A DNA stretch of 64,000 nt, from positions 10,672 to 74,671 of the forward strand of contig CAZAXH010000007.1 of the NCBI GenBank assembly GCA_964489065.1, given 5' to 3'. Each line of letters starts with the position of its first letter. The stretch's first letter is position 1. The notes below the pieces were generated by a model that saw only the letters and a program-made list of their open reading frames with translations, did no database searches and was not told the origin of the DNA. The position numbers and the translations under genes are program-made. The DNA comes from an uncultured Planctomycetales bacterium (GTDB lineage: Bacteria > Omnitrophota > Gorgyraeia > Zapsychrales > JANLHA01). Of the stretch, positions 39,413-48,702 are shown in pieces.

Positions 39413-39584
39413 AAAGGTATAAACCCCAGAGCAAGCTCTGGACTCAATGAACCGCAGAACGCGCTGCGGGGTATTCAACCAGCATCCTTCGGCTCGTTCG
39501 CTTTAGCTCTCTCGCGCTGAAGGATCAATTCGCATTTCTAATTTACACCCCCTTGGGTCGTGTAAACTAAATGCTCATTGAACG
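39413..39584 (+). repeat. Structured intergenic repeat, copy 3
   Basis: About 90% identical to copy 1. The second hairpin loop is changed (CCGCAG-AACGCG-CTGCGG) while the stem is preserved. Confidence 0.75.
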
Positions 39585-39845
39585 TGTCATTATACCGAAT
39601 AGTCTCGGGGTAAGAAACAAAAAGTTTCAAAAAGGGTGGATATTGATCCGCCTTCGTAGAAGACCACGGCATACCCATAAATGCGAGGGGGGAACAAGGT
39701 CTTCTGCTTCGGAGGTTCGCACATATATTAATTAAGAAGCCCGGGATCCCGTGAAACGAACTGTCCCTAGGCCCCCCCGCCCATAGGCGTGAGCCATCGC
39801 ACGAGCAGTGAATTTCAGAAACAGCGGAGAAATTGGAGAAAGGGA

Positions 39846-41282
39846 TTAAAAACTGTACGGGAAACGGAGTTCAAACGTCATATCGGGAGCATCCGTTGTC
39901 AGCCCAACACTAACGGCAAAATCCATGGAAGCCCGTTCACTGAGCGTCCAGTTAAAACCGGTCTTAAAATTAGCCGCGTTTTGAAAAGACCCAGGGACAT
40001 CACGCCCTTCCCGGTTCATTTTGCCGGTCACCGTGTGATCAAAAGAAAAGTTAATCGCTGTCTGATAACTCAAAGCGATGGCCGTGCCCAGGCTGTAGCC
40101 TATGGAATCCCCGGGGTCTACCTCTCCAAAATTCTCGATATCACCGCGCGGAATGTTGTAGGTATAATTAAGGCTCCCAAAAACAACCGCCGGGTCACTA
40201 GCTTTAGCCGCAACCAAGGCGCCACTCACCGCCCAGTGCCCGGTTCCCAAAGCAATATCTGTATTATAGGGTTCATCGCCTGTATTGGATTTGACGGACA
40301 GGCTCGCCACGAGATCAGGCATCATCCCGTGTTCCCACCCGATTTGACGGCTGATGGAAACCTGGATGTCCCCCAGCCCGCCTTTTGAATCAGTCTGATC
40401 ATAGGTCGTGCTGTCCGTGTTGGTAATGCGGTTATATTCAAAGCGGCCCGGGATGCGGACTTCGGTCTGCAGATTATGGAAAAGCCCGTATTTAAACGCC
40501 CAGGTATGGATAAATACGTCTCGTTTGACTTTCTCCGTATTTATGTCTCCCACGACCAGAATAGGAAGGATACTAAAACCATTAATATTAATCCGATTGG
40601 AAGAAAAATGCGCATAAGTTAAGCTCGGTTCAAACTGCAATTTACCTTTCGGAAGAAGGATACCCCCTTTTTGGACAAGCGTCCTCTCAATCGAATCGAC
40701 CCGTTCCTGAGATCCCGCAGCTTCGGTTTCTCCGGGTAAGTCTTCCTGTTTCTTAGAACTTTTCTCTGCAGCAATCGCCGAAGCCAAAAGCATAACATCC
40801 TGGGAAGGAACCGTCATCTTCCCCCCGCCCGGCCACGGAACATCCGATTCGATACCCTTCCCGACAACGACACGATCCAACTCCTCGTCGGTTAAACCAG
40901 TATTATGTTGGTCAACCGCTTCCCGGATTGTCCGACGGACAGCTTCGCGGATTAAGTCCTCATTCAAGGAAACGGCTTCACTCTGTTGAGAAAGCCCCAT
41001 TTCTGAGCTGGCCCCTTCCACCGCCGGGTTCGCTTTCTGAGCCCAAAAAGACTCCACTTCCTTCCGCACGGCTTCCCTGATAAAAGGTTCCATTTGGGCC
41101 AACACTTCGGCGCGCACGGCCCCCTGCATGTCACGGCGGATTTTAGCCGATAGGATGTCGATATCTATCTCGGACCGGGAGGAACGAAAATGAGCAACCA
41201 ACAAGACCGCGACGACCACCACAGCCGCAAATGCCATTATATAAAAGGGATTCTTTCTAAATATCATAATATTCTTTACCAC
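39846..41282 (-). CDS. N-terminally anchored outer-membrane beta-barrel protein with periplasmic helical domain (FapF-like transporter candidate)
   Basis: N-terminal hydrophobic anchor or signal. A helical segment (AEVLAQMEPFIREAVRKEVESFWAQ). A C-terminal beta-rich region with alternating aromatics that ends in ...FELRFPYSF, an OMP-type terminal Phe. Confidence 0.5.
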   Translation of the reverse strand: MVKNIMIFRKNPFYIMAFAAVVVVAVLLVAHFRSSRSEIDIDILSAKIRRDMQGAVRAEVLAQMEPFIREAVRKEVESFWAQKANPAVEGASSEMGLSQQSEAVSLNEDLIREAVRRTIREAVDQHNTGLTDEELDRVVVGKGIESDVPWPGGGKMTVPSQDVMLLASAIAAEKSSKKQEDLPGETEAAGSQERVDSIERTLVQKGGILLPKGKLQFEPSLTYAHFSSNRININGFSILPILVVGDINTEKVKRDVFIHTWAFKYGLFHNLQTEVRIPGRFEYNRITNTDSTTYDQTDSKGGLGDIQVSISRQIGWEHGMMPDLVASLSVKSNTGDEPYNTDIALGTGHWAVSGALVAAKASDPAVVFGSLNYTYNIPRGDIENFGEVDPGDSIGYSLGTAIALSYQTAINFSFDHTVTGKMNREGRDVPGSFQNAANFKTGFNWTLSERASMDFAVSVGLTTDAPDMTFELRFPYSF

Positions 41283-41959
41283 TCATTAGTAAAAATCGTG
41301 GTCCTGAGCTGAAACGGGTTGAAGAAACGTTTAATCGCCCGATAGTCTGTCATACGGATATCGTCCTGGTCTACTTTTAAAGCATAGTCCCCTTTAATTT
41401 CTTGGCCGGGACGCTCAACCACGAACCCGATTCCATTCGTCCACATCGACATAAATTTCTCTTTTTTCATGGTCATGTTTCCGACCGCCGGGTCCGCGAT
41501 GAATACCCTGTCGCCGAAAACGCCCTTAACAACAACAAAATGCCGGTAATTCTTAAATTTAATTGGCACCAGGACCGGTTTCCCCAGGGATTTTAAATAC
41601 TCGAAATCCATCCGGTATCCGGTCACAAGATATCCCCTGGACTGTGCGAATTTTTTTAAATCAAACAATGAAAATCCCTGCCGGGCAATCACCTTGTCCA
41701 AAGGGATAGTATTGAGCATGGAATTAATTATTTCAACTTCAGGGATAGGATCATTCAAGTAGTAATGAAACAGGGTGGCTAAACCGGCCGCGCCGCAGCT
41801 GTAATCCAGGCTTTGTGTTACGACATTTTCCTGCCGGATTTCTTTCAAGCACCGGACTTTCTTGTTAAACCCCATGCCCCCGGCAGAAAAATTGGCCGCA
41901 TGCGCGGCCACCGTAAGGTTCGAGAGGACACACAGACTGAAAAATATTTTCTTTATCAT
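41276..41959 (-). CDS. Standalone periplasmic C39-family cysteine peptidase-like protein (FapD-like)
   Basis: Signal peptide. Catalytic-Cys context typical of C39 peptidase domains (SLDYSCGAAGLATL). Later His and Asp are present (YRHFVVV...DPA). About 227 aa with no ABC-transporter fusion. Confidence 0.65.
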   Translation of the reverse strand: MIKKIFFSLCVLSNLTVAAHAANFSAGGMGFNKKVRCLKEIRQENVVTQSLDYSCGAAGLATLFHYYLNDPIPEVEIINSMLNTIPLDKVIARQGFSLFDLKKFAQSRGYLVTGYRMDFEYLKSLGKPVLVPIKFKNYRHFVVVKGVFGDRVFIADPAVGNMTMKKEKFMSMWTNGIGFVVERPGQEIKGDYALKVDQDDIRMTDYRAIKRFFNPFQLRTTIFTNEW

Positions 41960-42015
41960 TTTTATATTTTAGACAAAATAACGGCGGGATGCAAATGATT
42001 AATACAAGAAAGGGG

Positions 42016-42471
42016 TTAAGGTGCAATCACAAGATTATTGTTGCTGATCACATTACCGGCGATCGTTGAATTGATGATAACATTCAGGTTCAACCCGACC
42101 AAAACATTGCTGCCTGCCGCATTGACATTCACGAGGCTATTGGCGAACTGTTGGGCATAATCCTGCAAATTAATGTAATTAATATCTCCGGACCCCGTAC
42201 TAAAAATAGGGCTAGCCCCTGTGTCCCCGCTAAAAAACAGCGTCGCATCCCCACTTGCGTCCAAGCTGAAATTAAGTTCCGGCGGCATGAATATTTTATC
42301 AAAACTCCCCAAAAAATCATTAAATCCGCTAAAATTAAAACCATGCGCGTAAATTTGATCGAGTTCCTCATCTGACAGGACCACAGCCGTTCCCGCCGCA
42401 AACAGCGAAGAAACGACAGTCATGGAGAAAATAACCGCTGCCATAATCATGAACACATGCTTTCGCACCAT
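42016..42471 (-). CDS. Small secreted protein, paralogue of the giant repetitive protein (FapB-like nucleator candidate)
   Basis: Signal peptide followed by VVLSDEELDQIYA, which matches IALSDSEMDEIAA in the giant protein. N/V/G/S-rich C-terminal strands (NVNAAGSNVLVGLNLNVIINSTIAGNVISNNNLVIAP). GAGGGAGG ribosome-binding site. Confidence 0.5.
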   Translation of the reverse strand: MVRKHVFMIMAAVIFSMTVVSSLFAAGTAVVLSDEELDQIYAHGFNFSGFNDFLGSFDKIFMPPELNFSLDASGDATLFFSGDTGASPIFSTGSGDINYINLQDYAQQFANSLVNVNAAGSNVLVGLNLNVIINSTIAGNVISNNNLVIAP

Positions 42472-42569
42472 ACCGCAGGGCCTCCCTCTTTCCCTAAAAC
42501 ATTTATATACAGTATTCTGTGGGGGAAAAGAAATTCCCTTCCCCCACAGAATATCTGTCCTACTTCTTT

Positions 42570-45038
42570 TTAAAGACCATTCGTCACGTTCGCAACGTTG
42601 GATTGGTTAATCGCACCATTCAAACTACCCGTCGCACTCATAATGTTCGTTTGAACAGACACGCCAGATCCAACAGCGTTTACAGTACTCAACGCGGTGA
42701 TGCCGGCCTGTGAAGATCCGGATAAAATCAACACGTTTTTCTCGCTCTTATTTTGACGATTTGTGTTCGTAACTTCCGCTACGTTTGTGATTGTCTGACT
42801 TGCATCGTTGGTTGTCGCTTCGATGTCTTTTGTTTCAACCGCATTCTCGGTTTTCTCATACTGATCTTTGAACTCATCGTTGTTACGTGCTTGCGCACTT
42901 TCGGAAGCCTGCTCTTCTTCATGGTTAAACGTCGTTGATAAGGCTCCTTCAGCTTCGAAATTGCTCGTGGTTGACAGACTATTTTCATCAGAATGATCCG
43001 TCGTGTCAATCGAGTCGGTCGAAGCGGCAATATCACGAGATGCTGATGTGGATACGGCGTCAGAATCCGTGTACCCGATCGTCAACCCGGATGAAGAGTC
43101 AGATGAATCCGCTTCAGATGCAGAAGCAGAAGCCGCATCATCATACGCCACGTTTAAAGAACCCGAAGCTGTGGTGTCTGTAGAAGAAGCGGATGACGCT
43201 GAATCATTATAAGCAGCATCTACGGAATTAGACGCTGTCGCTTCTGAAGAAGAAGCAGATGACGCAGAGTCATCATAGGCTGCGTTTAAAGAACCGGAAG
43301 CTGTGGTGTCAGCAGAAGAAGCAGCCGACGCAGAATCATTGTACGCAGCATCTACGGAATCAGACGCTGTCGCCTCTGAAGAAGAAGCGGCTGACGCGGA
43401 ATCATTATAAGTTCCATTTAAAGAACCCGATGCTGTTGTTTCTTCCGAAGCAGCGGCAGATTGCTGAGCTTCGTTAGAAGCAGCCGCATTGGCAGAATTA
43501 GACGCAGAATCATTATAAGTCGCGTTCAGATTCCCAGCTTCATTACTGTTAGAGTCTGCAGAACTGGAGCTCGCGGCAGAATCATTGTAAGTCGCAGAAA
43601 GCGCGCCGGAGGCATCCGTACCCTCGGAGCTGGCCGCTGATGTTGACGCTGTGTTGTCTTTGCTGTCATACGTGTCGCTGCTGGAAGCAACGCCTTCAAC
43701 CGTGGTGGTTGAGGTCGCGCAATCTTCGCAGGTGTCCGTGCTCTGGCTATAAGTCCCGTCAAGCGCCTGCGCACTTGTCGTGGTTTCCCCATCCGTGGCC
43801 GATGAACTGGTCGAAGATTCCGATGCCGCGTTGTCAGAATACTGGGCATTGGCATCTAAAGTAGCGGATGTGGCTTCTTCAGCAGCAGCTTCTTGAGAAG
43901 CACTATCCGACGCGGAATAGTCAGCTTCCAGAGAAGCGGCCGTCGCATTATCAGCCTGTGAACTGCTTTGGGATTGAGCGGCTTCACTGGCGCTGGATTC
44001 AGAAGCTGCGCTATCAGAATAGTCAACAGCTACGTCTAAGGACGCATCCGTTGCTTCCTGCGACTGCGAAGCAGCACTATTAGAGGAAGCCGAATCCGCT
44101 GCAAAGGTCGCGGAGGTCGCTTCTTCTGACTGGGCGGCTTCACTGTCAGAATAGTCAACAGCCACGTCTAAGGACGCACTGGTGGCTTCTTGGGATTGCG
44201 AAGCAGCACTATTAGAGGAAGCTGAATCCGCTGCAAAGGTCGCGGAGGTCGCCTCTTCTGCCTGAGCGGCCGCACTGTCAGAATACTGGGCTTCGGCATC
44301 TAACGACGCGGACGTCGACTCGGCCGATTCAGATTCAGCCGTGTGAGCGGCTGACTGTTGAGCCTGTTGATCGTAATCAAACGTCGTGTCATGGGAAGCG
44401 TTGAACTGCGCGTCAGCGCTGTCTGTGGCTGCGGCGTGATCTTCGTTCAAAGTTGAATCAGTGACTTTAGACGCTGCATCAGAAGTAGCAGAGCTTGATC
44501 CAGAAGCGGACGCGTCTAATGTAGCCGATGTAGATTCGGAAGAACTGCTGGCTGCTGAAGACTGCTCGTTGTCATATATTTGGGTATTGTCTTCTTTTTC
44601 CCACAGGTCAGACGTCTTCACTGTGGTTTCTTTTGACCAAGCATTAACCTGATCCTGTTCCACGATATTCGTGGATTTGGTGGTCACGGAATAATCTTCA
44701 GAAGGATTCATGTTAACCACCGCCGCAGTGTTGCTCTGGACCGCCTCCACGTCAGCCTGATCTTCAGAATTACCGACGTTGGTCTGCACGGCAACCGCGC
44801 TGTCCACCGTATTAACAACACTCAATCCTGTTAAATTTTCCTGCGCGCCACTTTCGGATTTGAGTTGATTTTCGCTGAAATAAACATCCTCCACCACATC
44901 GCCTTCAGCGACCACGATCCATTCACCAGCCGCGATTTCGTCCATTTCGGAATCAGAAAGCGCAATGCCTTCTGCGTAACCGGCCACCGGATAGGCGGCG
45001 AACGCCACGGCCAAAATCCAAATTAATAATTTTTTCAT
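42570..45038 (-). CDS. Giant secreted S/A/D/T-rich repetitive protein with conserved N- and C-terminal N/Q/V/G-rich modules (FapC-like amyloid subunit candidate)
   Basis: Start set at MKKLLIWILAVAFAAYPVAGYA with a ribosome-binding site; the track start at 45107 is over-extended. A roughly 650-aa low-complexity core carries 44-aa tandem repeats. The termini resemble the small paralogue (…VNAVGSGVSVQTNIMSATGSLNGAINQSNVANVTNGL). Confidence 0.5.
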   Translation of the reverse strand: MKKLLIWILAVAFAAYPVAGYAEGIALSDSEMDEIAAGEWIVVAEGDVVEDVYFSENQLKSESGAQENLTGLSVVNTVDSAVAVQTNVGNSEDQADVEAVQSNTAAVVNMNPSEDYSVTTKSTNIVEQDQVNAWSKETTVKTSDLWEKEDNTQIYDNEQSSAASSSSESTSATLDASASGSSSATSDAASKVTDSTLNEDHAAATDSADAQFNASHDTTFDYDQQAQQSAAHTAESESAESTSASLDAEAQYSDSAAAQAEEATSATFAADSASSNSAASQSQEATSASLDVAVDYSDSEAAQSEEATSATFAADSASSNSAASQSQEATDASLDVAVDYSDSAASESSASEAAQSQSSSQADNATAASLEADYSASDSASQEAAAEEATSATLDANAQYSDNAASESSTSSSATDGETTTSAQALDGTYSQSTDTCEDCATSTTTVEGVASSSDTYDSKDNTASTSAASSEGTDASGALSATYNDSAASSSSADSNSNEAGNLNATYNDSASNSANAAASNEAQQSAAASEETTASGSLNGTYNDSASAASSSEATASDSVDAAYNDSASAASSADTTASGSLNAAYDDSASSASSSEATASNSVDAAYNDSASSASSTDTTASGSLNVAYDDAASASASEADSSDSSSGLTIGYTDSDAVSTSASRDIAASTDSIDTTDHSDENSLSTTSNFEAEGALSTTFNHEEEQASESAQARNNDEFKDQYEKTENAVETKDIEATTNDASQTITNVAEVTNTNRQNKSEKNVLILSGSSQAGITALSTVNAVGSGVSVQTNIMSATGSLNGAINQSNVANVTNGL
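43151..43480 (-). repeat. In-frame 132-nt tandem repeats (about 2.5 units) inside the giant protein gene
   Basis: The unit beginning CGTTTAAAGAACC(C/G)GAAGCTGTGGTGTC recurs at 43151, 43284 and 43416. It encodes repeats of the type ...ASGSLNAAYDDSASSASSSEATASNSVDAAYNDSAS... Confidence 0.7.
43985..44300 (-). repeat. Second family of in-frame 132-nt tandem repeats (about 2.4 units) inside the giant protein gene
   Basis: The unit containing TCAGAATAGTCAACAGC(T/C)ACGTCTAAGGACGCA recurs at 44014, 44146 and 44278. It encodes ...ATSATFAADSASSNSAASQSQEATSASLDVAVDYSDSEAAQSEE... Confidence 0.7.
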
Positions 45039-45421
45039 TGTTATCCTCTCTTTGACTGCAAGGGCGAAAAGCCAGCTTCGCTTTCCATTAACCCTCTGCT
45101 CACTCACTTATTTTTATTCGCCAAATTCACGTGCCTCGTCCTTCCTAACTATATCCGCGCTCACCTCCTTTCAAATCCTTCACAATAAAAAGACCGGAAC
45201 GAACCAAACCTACTTGGCTCTTTTCCGGGATGACTTTTTTACAAGTTGTCTTTTTCATCAATTTAAGGACCCTGACATGCGACATAAAAAATCGCCCCTA
45301 TTTTAGCAACAAACCAGTTATAAACAATGGCCGCATTTGTTCATCTATTGGAATTTTTTGTCTTGGGCACCCCATAAAAAGGCAGGCCATTTTTTAACAA
45401 AGCAATACTTTTTAGGGGATA

Positions 45422-46288
45422 TTAAAGGCCGGACTCAACCGGCGCAAGTCTGGGATGGATCTTCGGCAAAGTTAAGCGGCGGGACGTTTGACAAACCCGG
45501 TAAAAACCCGGAGTCTGCCCATACGCTTTCTTAAACAATTTACAAAAATACCCTGGATCTTCATAACCGCAGGCATAAGCGATTTCCGTGACAGAGAGGC
45601 TTTTGTTCTGTAAAAGCCGGGAAGCGACTTGCAGGCGAATCCGGTTAAGATATTGGGTAAAACTCGTTTTCAAAACCTTCTTGATTAACCGGCTCAAATA
45701 ATGATAACTCAATCCAGTTTCTTCACAAAGGCTCCGGAGCGAAAGATCCGGGCGATGATAGTTCGCATTAATATAATACGCCACTTTCTCAACAATTTTT
45801 TGCTGGTAACTCATGGCGTTCTCTTTAACGTTGGCGAACTGATTCAGTTCTTGACTTATGTCTGACAAAAAATTTTCCAAAAGGTTAATAATCGCTCTGA
45901 TTTGTTGTTGGCTGAGACGAAAATGAGGAGGCTCCGAAACGAGCAAATAACCAACGATCTGCTGACGGATCTCAATGGGAAGTAAAATTTTGGTAAACCC
46001 GGCCCGGCATTTGTTAATCTGCATTTTCCCGGAACTGGTCGCCTTCTCTATAATAACTGAAATCAAAGAATCACAACCCTCAGTCCGATACTGGCAATCC
46101 GCGTGGGAATCCTGGGCCTCCCCGTACCGGGGTTTATGAGAAGCGGGGGAATAATTGCATTTAAAAATCCGGCCGTCTAATGACCGGATTTCCAAAGTGG
46201 CACCGCATAAGATACAAATAATTTCCTGGATGTGTTTGAACGCCTGAGCTTCTTCAAAATACTCTAAAAGAGTATTAAAGTTCATCAA
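45422..46288 (-). CDS. AraC-family transcriptional regulator with N-terminal Cys-containing sensor domain
   Basis: C-terminal AraC-type HTH (LSVTEIAYACGYEDPGYFCKLFKKAYGQTPGFYR). It lies immediately upstream of, and co-oriented with, the giant repetitive protein gene. Confidence 0.8.
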   Translation of the reverse strand: MMNFNTLLEYFEEAQAFKHIQEIICILCGATLEIRSLDGRIFKCNYSPASHKPRYGEAQDSHADCQYRTEGCDSLISVIIEKATSSGKMQINKCRAGFTKILLPIEIRQQIVGYLLVSEPPHFRLSQQQIRAIINLLENFLSDISQELNQFANVKENAMSYQQKIVEKVAYYINANYHRPDLSLRSLCEETGLSYHYLSRLIKKVLKTSFTQYLNRIRLQVASRLLQNKSLSVTEIAYACGYEDPGYFCKLFKKAYGQTPGFYRVCQTSRRLTLPKIHPRLAPVESGL

Positions 46289-46426
46289 ACCCTCCTCTGC
46301 AAATTATATTAGGCACCTGACTCTTCCCCTTTTTAATGGAATTCTAAAAATTTGTCAACATGACACAAATGGACAACCCCAGACAGGGACACACTGGGAA
46401 ACACCCTGACACGAAAGCAGCCCGCG

Positions 46427-47323
46427 TTAATATTGAAAATATATTTTCACTTCTTTAAGATGATGGGTTCCGGATTTCGAGGAAAGGCCCGGAGACAAAA
46501 GAGACTTTTTATTGAGGCAATCCTGGGCGTTCTGGAAATTCTGGCGAAGGCATGCGAGTTGCTGTTCGTGTCCCAGGGCAAAGAGGCCGTTAATAAGTTC
46601 TAAATATTGCATAAAATACTTGGTGGCGGCAAAATAATTCAATTCCACACCCACGGCCGAAGGTCCCGGCGCGAATGTCAGCGTTTTGCGTCCCTGAATG
46701 ATATATTCTTTATCGCCGAGGATCGTGGGGTGAGCAAACCGCGAACATTGCCGGAACATCGCTTCGTATTCCTGGTGGAGTTCGCGGCTGACAAGGCGGG
46801 CCATGTCTTTAACCGTCTTGCCGGACCAGGTCACCAGAGCGCGGTCTGAAACGACATGATATTTTTTCCTGAAATTATCCACATGCTCCAAAACCAAGGC
46901 TTTCTTTTCGGAGAACTCCTGCTGAGCTTCCCGGGACGCGCTTCGCACGGACAATTCTTCTTCGGCCATGGAACGCTTAAAAATAATCCATTTATATTCC
47001 ACAAACCGTCTGGCTTTTTCATCCGCGTTCCGGAGATCATAAATGATATACCGCACCGTGATCAGGTTCTCCAGCAGGCTCCGGATCAGGGAGGAGACAT
47101 CCTGCCCGTACCCGCGTTTGCATAACACCTCAATAGCCGCGAAAGTTTTGACCGCCCGGGTCATAATAAAGAGAAAAATTCGCTTATGCGCCGGAAGATC
47201 AAAAAGTTTAATATTGCGCCTGTTGATATCCTGGAAAAGCGTTCTCCCCAGGTCATGAGCGGCCTTCCCTGCCTGGGTCAGATCAAGACAAGAAATATAA
47301 TTATGATCTTTATTTTTAGTCAT
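46427..47323 (-). CDS. Hypothetical cytoplasmic protein
   Basis: Coding-like composition over about 900 nt. No recognisable motif. Confidence 0.4.
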   Translation of the reverse strand: MTKNKDHNYISCLDLTQAGKAAHDLGRTLFQDINRRNIKLFDLPAHKRIFLFIMTRAVKTFAAIEVLCKRGYGQDVSSLIRSLLENLITVRYIIYDLRNADEKARRFVEYKWIIFKRSMAEEELSVRSASREAQQEFSEKKALVLEHVDNFRKKYHVVSDRALVTWSGKTVKDMARLVSRELHQEYEAMFRQCSRFAHPTILGDKEYIIQGRKTLTFAPGPSAVGVELNYFAATKYFMQYLELINGLFALGHEQQLACLRQNFQNAQDCLNKKSLLSPGLSSKSGTHHLKEVKIYFQY

Positions 47324-48702
47324 AGTCTTGAAGAAAATACGGCCCGGTCAAGATGCCGCTCCAACGGCAAGCCTTCCCACGCCTCTGGTTGTTCCATGCA
47401 TAAATAAACAGGAACGCGGCTGTCATGTTCCCGGATAAAGCTCACCATGCTTTTATATATCTTTTTTCTTACACCCAACTGATACCGCAGTTTTCCGTCA
47501 TAACCCGGCACAAGTTCGCCGAACAGAAGGCGGGACGCCGGGAAACGGGTTTCTATCGCCTGCTGCAGACGCGGCATCATCCGCAAACACCCCAGACTGA
47601 TCCAGACCACCCTTTCTGGAGGAACAAAACTAAACAAACGCCGGATCACATCCCGGTAAGATTCCGCCCACCCCTCGTCATACACGATCGGGTCAAAATG
47701 GAACGACACGCGCCAGCCCCAAGCAGCGCATTTTTGCGCCGCCGCCAGCCGGGCCTCCAAAGGCGCCGTTCCTTGCTCATCACAGGCGGCAATCCGCGCA
47801 GGATTCAGGGACCAACCGACACAAACATTCGGTACGGGCTCTTCTTCCAACAATAAACCTATATTATCACTTTTGGTCTTAAATTCAAAAAACCACTCCG
47901 GGTGCCGCCGCATGAAAGAAACAATGCCCCGGGAATATTGCGTAAAATGATCCAATGCCAAAGAATCGCTGAACTGCCCGCTCCCGATCCGCCAGGGGCC
48001 TCCGTGAGCCTCAAGCCTTTCAAAAAAATCATTAACATTCGCCGGGAGAACGATTCCCGGAGAATTCAGATACCCTTGCATAAAACAATACGTGCAATCA
48101 AACGGGCAGCCCTGTCCTAAATTCAGGACAGCGTACCCGCAGGAAACCGATCCTGGGGAACAGGGGCACGGCTGCCAAAATTGATGCTGTTCCTGAACGA
48201 CAAAAAAGGTTTCCGCCCGCCGGTTATAATCGTCAACGGAATAGGCCTGTTGACGGCAATAATGCTTATACGAAAAAATCGGCTCAATGGCGGCGTCGGG
48301 GGCTAGCCGCCGAAGTCGCCGGACAAGCGGGTCGGTCATTAGCGGTTCTTCCACGAACACCTTTTTCGGCTCCCACCGGCAGGCAACAGGCCCCGACACC
48401 TGCATCCGGCAGGGCTCCGGGATCTTCAGAAAACGCTGCAGGCTTTTTCTTTGAGCCGCGGTCATATTTGGATAACGCCGTTTCGTCAAAAACGCCTTGA
48501 CCTGCCGGAAGGAATCACTGCGTTTGATGGCTTCCGGCAAGACACTCTGGAGATGACAGCCGTCCCTTCTGACAATCTCAAACAAAAGGCGGGAAATTTC
48601 CTGTTTCTTATTCACCCCGAAAGCAGGAAAAACGTCCTCTGTATAACGTTGAATCGTCTGAATCGAAATGCCTCCATCCATTATGAACCCCCTCGCATTC
48701 AT
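47320..48702 (-). CDS. Radical SAM protein, spore-photoproduct-lyase (SplB)-like DNA repair family, with about 190-aa N-terminal extension
   Basis: CxxxCxxC (GCPFDCTYC) in an SPL-like context. ATGA overlap with the upstream aldo-keto reductase gene. Confidence 0.65.
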   Translation of the reverse strand: MNARGFIMDGGISIQTIQRYTEDVFPAFGVNKKQEISRLLFEIVRRDGCHLQSVLPEAIKRSDSFRQVKAFLTKRRYPNMTAAQRKSLQRFLKIPEPCRMQVSGPVACRWEPKKVFVEEPLMTDPLVRRLRRLAPDAAIEPIFSYKHYCRQQAYSVDDYNRRAETFFVVQEQHQFWQPCPCSPGSVSCGYAVLNLGQGCPFDCTYCFMQGYLNSPGIVLPANVNDFFERLEAHGGPWRIGSGQFSDSLALDHFTQYSRGIVSFMRRHPEWFFEFKTKSDNIGLLLEEEPVPNVCVGWSLNPARIAACDEQGTAPLEARLAAAQKCAAWGWRVSFHFDPIVYDEGWAESYRDVIRRLFSFVPPERVVWISLGCLRMMPRLQQAIETRFPASRLLFGELVPGYDGKLRYQLGVRKKIYKSMVSFIREHDSRVPVYLCMEQPEAWEGLPLERHLDRAVFSSRL

